Origin: Oceanispirochaeta sp.
GTDB taxonomy: Bacteria; Spirochaetota; Spirochaetia; DSM-2461
Reading direction: 5' to 3'
NCBI GenBank assembly: GCA_963663385.2
Contig: CAXXXD010000002.1
Coordinates: 864,001 to 928,000, forward strand
Length of the DNA: 64,000 bases
Position 1 is the first letter of the stretch. Each line of letters starts with the position of its first letter. Below the pieces are notes generated by a model. It ran no database searches. It saw only the letters and a program-made list of their open reading frames with translations, and was not told the origin of the DNA. Both the position numbers and the translations under genes were made by a program. Positions 59,201-64,000 of this stretch are shown piece after piece.

Positions 59201-60022
59201 ATGGCGGAAAAGACGGCTCCGGATCAGGATGAACTTTCAAAGGCTGCGCAGTATAAAGCTCTGATTAATACAACTCAGGATGGGTACTGGCTGCTTGATT
59301 CCCATGGGGCGATTATTGAAATAAGTGACAGGGCCTGCCGGGTCCTTGAATATAACCGGGATGAAATCCTGGGAAAATGTATCGCTGATATCGAAGGGAA
59401 AGAAACTGCTGACGATACAAAAGCCCATCTGGACAAGGTCATAGAAAAGGGTTCGGATATATTCAAGACCCAGCTCTGTACCAGAACCGGAAAAATCCTT
59501 GATTTTGAAATCAGCACAATCTTCTGGAAGAAAGGGGAAATATTCTTCGTTATTGCCAAAAATATTACCAGGGAGGTGCAGGATATAAGGGAGCTCGTTC
59601 AGACCAGGAAAAAACTGGATGAGCTGAATACCGCACTGCGTATCGTGCTGGAAAGCTGGGAAGCAAAATCAAACGATAAAATACTGAATGTTCAAAGAGC
59701 TCTGCAAAGAACTGTCACTCCTCAATTGAATCATCTGCGCAAGGATTTGGATAAAAACCAGAGGGATATAATCGATTCTGTAATTTTCAATATTAATCAT
59801 GTATTCTATATGCCCGGTAATGAATTAATCCGTAAACTGAATTCCCGGGAATATAAGGTGGGGCAGTATATTGTACAGGGGATGACTTCCAAAGAAATCG
59901 CCGACATTATGGGTATGTCTACCAGGACTATTGAAAGCTGCAGACTCTCCATAAGAAAAAAACTTGACATGAACTCAACTTCCCTCAATTTAAGAGCTGA
60001 GCTGGAAGCTTACTTTAATTAA
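59201..60022 (+). CDS. PAS plus LuxR-type HTH transcriptional regulator
   Basis: PAS (DGYWLLD..G.I, YNRDEILG) and C-terminal GMTSKEIADIMGMSTRTIE. Confidence 0.9.
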   Translation: MAEKTAPDQDELSKAAQYKALINTTQDGYWLLDSHGAIIEISDRACRVLEYNRDEILGKCIADIEGKETADDTKAHLDKVIEKGSDIFKTQLCTRTGKILDFEISTIFWKKGEIFFVIAKNITREVQDIRELVQTRKKLDELNTALRIVLESWEAKSNDKILNVQRALQRTVTPQLNHLRKDLDKNQRDIIDSVIFNINHVFYMPGNELIRKLNSREYKVGQYIVQGMTSKEIADIMGMSTRTIESCRLSIRKKLDMNSTSLNLRAELEAYFN

Positions 60023-60445
60023 GATTTCTGACGGCTTCATAATTCCGGCCGGTATACTGCCCTCTCCTTATCCTGCCCATGTAATCTGGCGATAAACGTA
60101 AGCGGTTGGAATACTGAAAACTACTATAAAACTACTAAGCCCCGGCTATCGGGCGGAAGAGTGGCGATTTGAAACTCAATTGTACTAACTCATATCATTT
60201 AAATAATTAAACATAATATGATTCTCTGACTATGCGTTTCTATACGCCTCGAATAGTACCATCCCTAGTGATATAGGAGAAAATTAGACTGGAAAACGAC
60301 TCGTATATAGATACGATTAATAAAGTACTTCTGTTGATGAATCCTGTAATTTTTTATCGGTAGAGACCGGGCAGATAAAATAATCGGAGAGTGGCTGAAT
60401 CGCAGCTGGTACAGGTAATCCAAAATCTTTTAAAGAGGTGGAAAT

Positions 60446-61024
60446 ATGGAAAATTCCGGATGGATAGGAAAGTTGGCAATCCTTCTTCTATTGGTACTGG
60501 CAGGAAGTTTCTTAGCGGCACAGAGCCGTGATGTCCCTTTGAATCTTGTAAATTTTGTTCAGGAAGAGCTTGCTGCGATAGGGCGGGATCCCGTTGTCGT
60601 TGAAATGGTAGGCCGGCAGAACTCCATTGATACCAACCTGCAGGATATCAGGCAGAGAGATGAAATATGGAAGGCCAATTCCGGAATTGACCGCTTTATG
60701 ATGGATTTGATGAGTAATGAATGTGCTCTGGTCCTTCATAACTACGAGTGTGACTATCCTTTTATTGTCGAGACATTTGCCATGGACAGCCTGGGAGCCA
60801 ATGTCGGTCAGACGACTAAAACCTCGGACTACTGGCAGGGAGATGAAGCAAAGTTCACAGAATCCTATAAGGATGGCCGGGGTGAAATCTATTACGGCGA
60901 TGTGGAGTATGATGACAGCGTGAATGAAATCATCGTACAGGTTTCCATACCGGTTATGTCAGATAACAGGGCGATCGGCGCTATAACGTTCGGCATCAGC
61001 CTTGATAGATGGGAAAGGCGATAG
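60446..61024 (+). CDS. Stand-alone secreted PDC/Cache-like sensor-domain protein
   Basis: Signal peptide; F.MD..GANVG, TSDYWQGDEAK, QVSIPV and IGAITFGI; no cytoplasmic domain. Confidence 0.78.
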   Translation: MENSGWIGKLAILLLLVLAGSFLAAQSRDVPLNLVNFVQEELAAIGRDPVVVEMVGRQNSIDTNLQDIRQRDEIWKANSGIDRFMMDLMSNECALVLHNYECDYPFIVETFAMDSLGANVGQTTKTSDYWQGDEAKFTESYKDGRGEIYYGDVEYDDSVNEIIVQVSIPVMSDNRAIGAITFGISLDRWERR

Positions 61025-61036
61025 GGGGAGATCAGG

Positions 61037-63286
61037 ATGAATATTTTTAATAGAATGAAGATCGGAACCAAGATGGTTGTATCCTTATCGGTTCTCATCG
61101 TTTCAACCATTTCCGTATTAACACTGATTGTGGCATTTCGGGTTAATAGTATCTCAAAGATTGACAGCGAAGAGATAGCCCGTCAGACAGCTCATCATTA
61201 TGCCAATGTTATTAAAGCGGAATTGGATGTCGCCATGGATGAAGCCCGCTCTCTGTCGACTATTTTCGAATCCATGGCAATTGTGGAGGGTGTAAATTTT
61301 ACCAGACGGGAAGCTAACAGCATCCTGAAGTATTTCATCGAAAAAAATACGAATTTTCTGGGTGTCTATACCTGCTTTGAACCCAATGAATTCGGCAGCA
61401 ATGACAGGAATTTTGCAGGGGAATATGGACACGATACAAGCGGCCGTTTTATTCCTTACTGGATCAGGGACAAGGATGGCAAGGGCGTTCTGGAACCACT
61501 CCTGGATTATGATACATCCGGGGCCGGTGACTACTATCAGATTCCCAAAAACAGAAACCGGGAGAGTGTGATAGATCCTTATTTTTACCCCATACGGGGT
61601 AAGGATACTCTATTGACGTCCCTTGTTGTTCCCATCAAAAACAAAGAAGGGAGTTTTATCGGTATCGCCGGTATCGATCTCGCTCTGGATAACCTGCAGA
61701 ATCTGGTAATGAACTCTCAGATCTCTACCTATCAGAATGCTTATATAACGTTCTATTCCTCCAACGGTACTGTTGTAGCTTCCAGGGATCCGGATTCTGT
61801 GGGTAAAGCGATCGGGGAAACCACCGGCAGCCGCGAATTGACTCAGTTTGTAGAGGAAAATCAGGATTTTCAACTGGATCATATTTCAGAAATCACCGGT
61901 GAAAAGAGTATGACCGTAGGAGTACCGGTAGTCATCGGGGATTCGGGCATTGAATGGATTGTTGCCGTATCCATACCGCATAAGGAGATGTATGCCGCCA
62001 TGTGGAATCTGATTTATATGACGATTGCTGCGGGTATTGCTTCCATTATCTTTATTCTTGTTCTTGTTTCGTTTATTGCACGATCCATTTCAAGACCTAT
62101 CAATCTGATTACCGAAGGTGCCAGGGGATTTGCCGTGGGTGATATTGATCTTGAGAATATCGACCGTAAGGATATTGCCGATATAAATGCCAGGGGGGAT
62201 GAACTGGGCGAGATCGGCCGGGCCTTTTCGGAACTGATCGAATACATGAGTGAAAAAGTTCAGGTGGCAGAGCAGATTGAACGCGGGAACCTGCAAATCA
62301 AGGTCGAAGCAAAATCCGACAAGGATAAACTGGGGAAATCCCTGATTGCCATGGCGGCAAAACTGACCGGAATTGTCAGCGATATCCATTCCGCAAGCGA
62401 AGCTGTTTCTACGGGAAGCCAGCAGTTGTCATCCAGCGCGCAGCAGCTGTCCCAGGGATCAACAGAACAGGCTGCCGCCGCAGAGGAAGCGTCCTCCTCC
62501 ATGGAACAGATGGGTTCGAATATCAAACAGAATGCAGACAATGCCATTACTACGGAGAAGATCGCCCAGAAAGCTTCAATTGATGCGGAAGAGAGCGGCA
62601 GGGCTGTTTCGAAAGCTGTAACAGCCATGAAGGAAATATCCAGTAAAACTTCAATTATTGCCGAGATATCGCGGCAGACCAATCTTCTGGCCCTGAATGC
62701 CGCAATTGAGGCTGCCAGAGCTGGAGAACACGGCAAAGGGTTTGCTGTTGTTGCTTCGGAAGTCAGAAAACTGGCCGAACGGAGTCAGGAAGCAGCCGGA
62801 GAGATAAGCGAACTGTCGGCGAACAGTATGGATATTGCCGAGAAAGCCGGTTCCATGCTGGACAAACTGGTCCCGGATATTAAGAAAACCGCAGATCTGG
62901 TGCAGGAAATCAGTGCATCCAGCAGGGAGCAGGATGCCGGGGTTGTTCAGATTAATACGGCCATACAGCAACTGGACCTGGTTATTCAGCAGAATGCTTC
63001 CGCGTCGGAGGAACTGGCATCCACATCGGATGAGCTGGCAAGTCAGGCTCTTCAAATGAGGTCTGTGATAAATTTTTTCAATATAGGAAGTAAAACTCCC
63101 TTTAGTATGGCGAATACAGGGAAACCGCAGAATTCTGCTGATCATCCGGAGAGTGAAGAGGAGATTCATCATATCAACTTTCATGTCTGTTCCGCAGGAG
63201 AGGATAAGGCCGCAGCAACTTCTCATAGCAGGGAGTACGCTGTAAAGAACGATGAACCGCCAACAGCGGATTTTATTGAGTATTAA
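61037..63286 (+). CDS. Methyl-accepting chemotaxis protein with a dCache sensor
   Basis: TM-dCache-TM-HAMP architecture; [37 protein letters not shown]. Confidence 0.96.
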   Translation: MNIFNRMKIGTKMVVSLSVLIVSTISVLTLIVAFRVNSISKIDSEEIARQTAHHYANVIKAELDVAMDEARSLSTIFESMAIVEGVNFTRREANSILKYFIEKNTNFLGVYTCFEPNEFGSNDRNFAGEYGHDTSGRFIPYWIRDKDGKGVLEPLLDYDTSGAGDYYQIPKNRNRESVIDPYFYPIRGKDTLLTSLVVPIKNKEGSFIGIAGIDLALDNLQNLVMNSQISTYQNAYITFYSSNGTVVASRDPDSVGKAIGETTGSRELTQFVEENQDFQLDHISEITGEKSMTVGVPVVIGDSGIEWIVAVSIPHKEMYAAMWNLIYMTIAAGIASIIFILVLVSFIARSISRPINLITEGARGFAVGDIDLENIDRKDIADINARGDELGEIGRAFSELIEYMSEKVQVAEQIERGNLQIKVEAKSDKDKLGKSLIAMAAKLTGIVSDIHSASEAVSTGSQQLSSSAQQLSQGSTEQAAAAEEASSSMEQMGSNIKQNADNAITTEKIAQKASIDAEESGRAVSKAVTAMKEISSKTSIIAEISRQTNLLALNAAIEAARAGEHGKGFAVVASEVRKLAERSQEAAGEISELSANSMDIAEKAGSMLDKLVPDIKKTADLVQEISASSREQDAGVVQINTAIQQLDLVIQQNASASEELASTSDELASQALQMRSVINFFNIGSKTPFSMANTGKPQNSADHPESEEEIHHINFHVCSAGEDKAAATSHSREYAVKNDEPPTADFIEY

Positions 63287-63400
63287 AAGCCGTTAAATAA
63301 AATGTGAGTTCCAATTGAATCGGGTTCCTATTGATAATTTCCTGAATTGTGTGAATATATAAAGTAGCTCTTCTTATGAGTTGGCATTTAGGAGTAAATC

Positions 63401-64000
63401 ATGGAACCCATTATTATGAAAACTATTGAATCCCTCAGACAGAAAGGTTTCACGGCGGAAGTATATCCGGATCGTGAAAATGCCCTGGAGGCAGTATTAT
63501 CTGAAATCTCCTTAGATGAATCAGTCGGTATCGGCGGATCCATGACCGTAAAGGAACTGGGACTGGATGATCTATTAATACAGAGAGGCAATAAGGTATT
63601 TTTTCACTGGCGGGAGAACAGCCCGGAGAAAATGAGTGAAACCAAGAGGGATGCACGGGATGCGGATGTGTATATTTCCAGTACCAATGCCCTTTCCTCT
63701 CAGGGGGAAATTGTTAATATCGACGGTCAGGGGAATCGTGTTTCCTCCATGATATACGGTCATAAAAAGGTCTTGATTATCTGCGGGAAAAATAAAATTG
63801 CCGATGATCTGGATGCCGCACTGGATAAGGCCCGGGAGAACGCTCCCCGAAATGCCGGGCGGCTGAATAAGAAAACCCCCTGTGCCGTCACAGGGGAGTG
63901 CAGTGACTGTAACAGTCCCGACAGGATATGCCGGGTCACCACCATTATAGAACGTCAGCCCATGGGGGCGGATATCCGTGTTTATATCGTTGACGAGGAG
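63401..64000 (+). CDS. LUD-domain (lactate utilization-like) protein, runs off the window
   Basis: Manual translation: GIGGSMT, SSTNA, NIDGQGNRV, GKNKI and TPCAVTGECSDC...IC; AGGAG RBS. Confidence 0.85.
   Translation, partial: MEPIIMKTIESLRQKGFTAEVYPDRENALEAVLSEISLDESVGIGGSMTVKELGLDDLLIQRGNKVFFHWRENSPEKMSETKRDARDADVYISSTNALSSQGEIVNIDGQGNRVSSMIYGHKKVLIICGKNKIADDLDAALDKARENAPRNAGRLNKKTPCAVTGECSDCNSPDRICRVTTIIERQPMGADIRVYIVDEE

Noticed and set aside
60023..60445. c-di-GMP riboswitch or sigma28 promoter upstream of the chemoreceptor genes
   Set aside because: No GEMM-type core and no TAAA-N15-GCCGATAA spacing could be identified by eye.

Overview
Bacterial chromosomal window, probably from a free-living spirochaete. 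This is inferred from spirochaete-style solute-binding protein N-termini (FAGGAQEE, MAEGQKE), lipoproteins and gene content. In order: partial homodimeric pyruvate dehydrogenase E1 (aceE); a small conserved-looking ORF plus glmS; a GntR regulator divergent from a compact Thermotoga-type inositol operon (iolN-iolO-iolM-ABC-iolG-uxaE); a secreted protein with two FMN-binding domains; a TPP-riboswitch-led operon (SAM methyltransferase-thiM-thiE/thiD fusion-tenA); a pabB/pabC fusion; a divergent gap; two PPC-like lipoproteins; an amidohydrolase; an uncalled 55-aa four-Cys protein; two Fe-ADHs; an acyl-CoA synthetase; an RND efflux system and a two-component system; a peptidoglycan-recycling cluster (murQ, serine hydrolase, anmK, CUT1 ABC, nagZ, murR) with a shared operator-like motif; an AT-rich lipoprotein pair plus a toxin-first TA module; a dipeptide epimerase operon; a PAS-LuxR regulator; a stand-alone PDC/Cache protein plus an MCP; and a partial LUD protein. 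No rRNA, tRNA, CRISPR array or transposase was recognised. The best candidates for undescribed biology are the methyltransferase under a variant TPP aptamer, the ABC-fed AnmK/MurQ recycling regulon, and the small glmS partner protein. All calls come from reading motifs by eye; no database searches were run.
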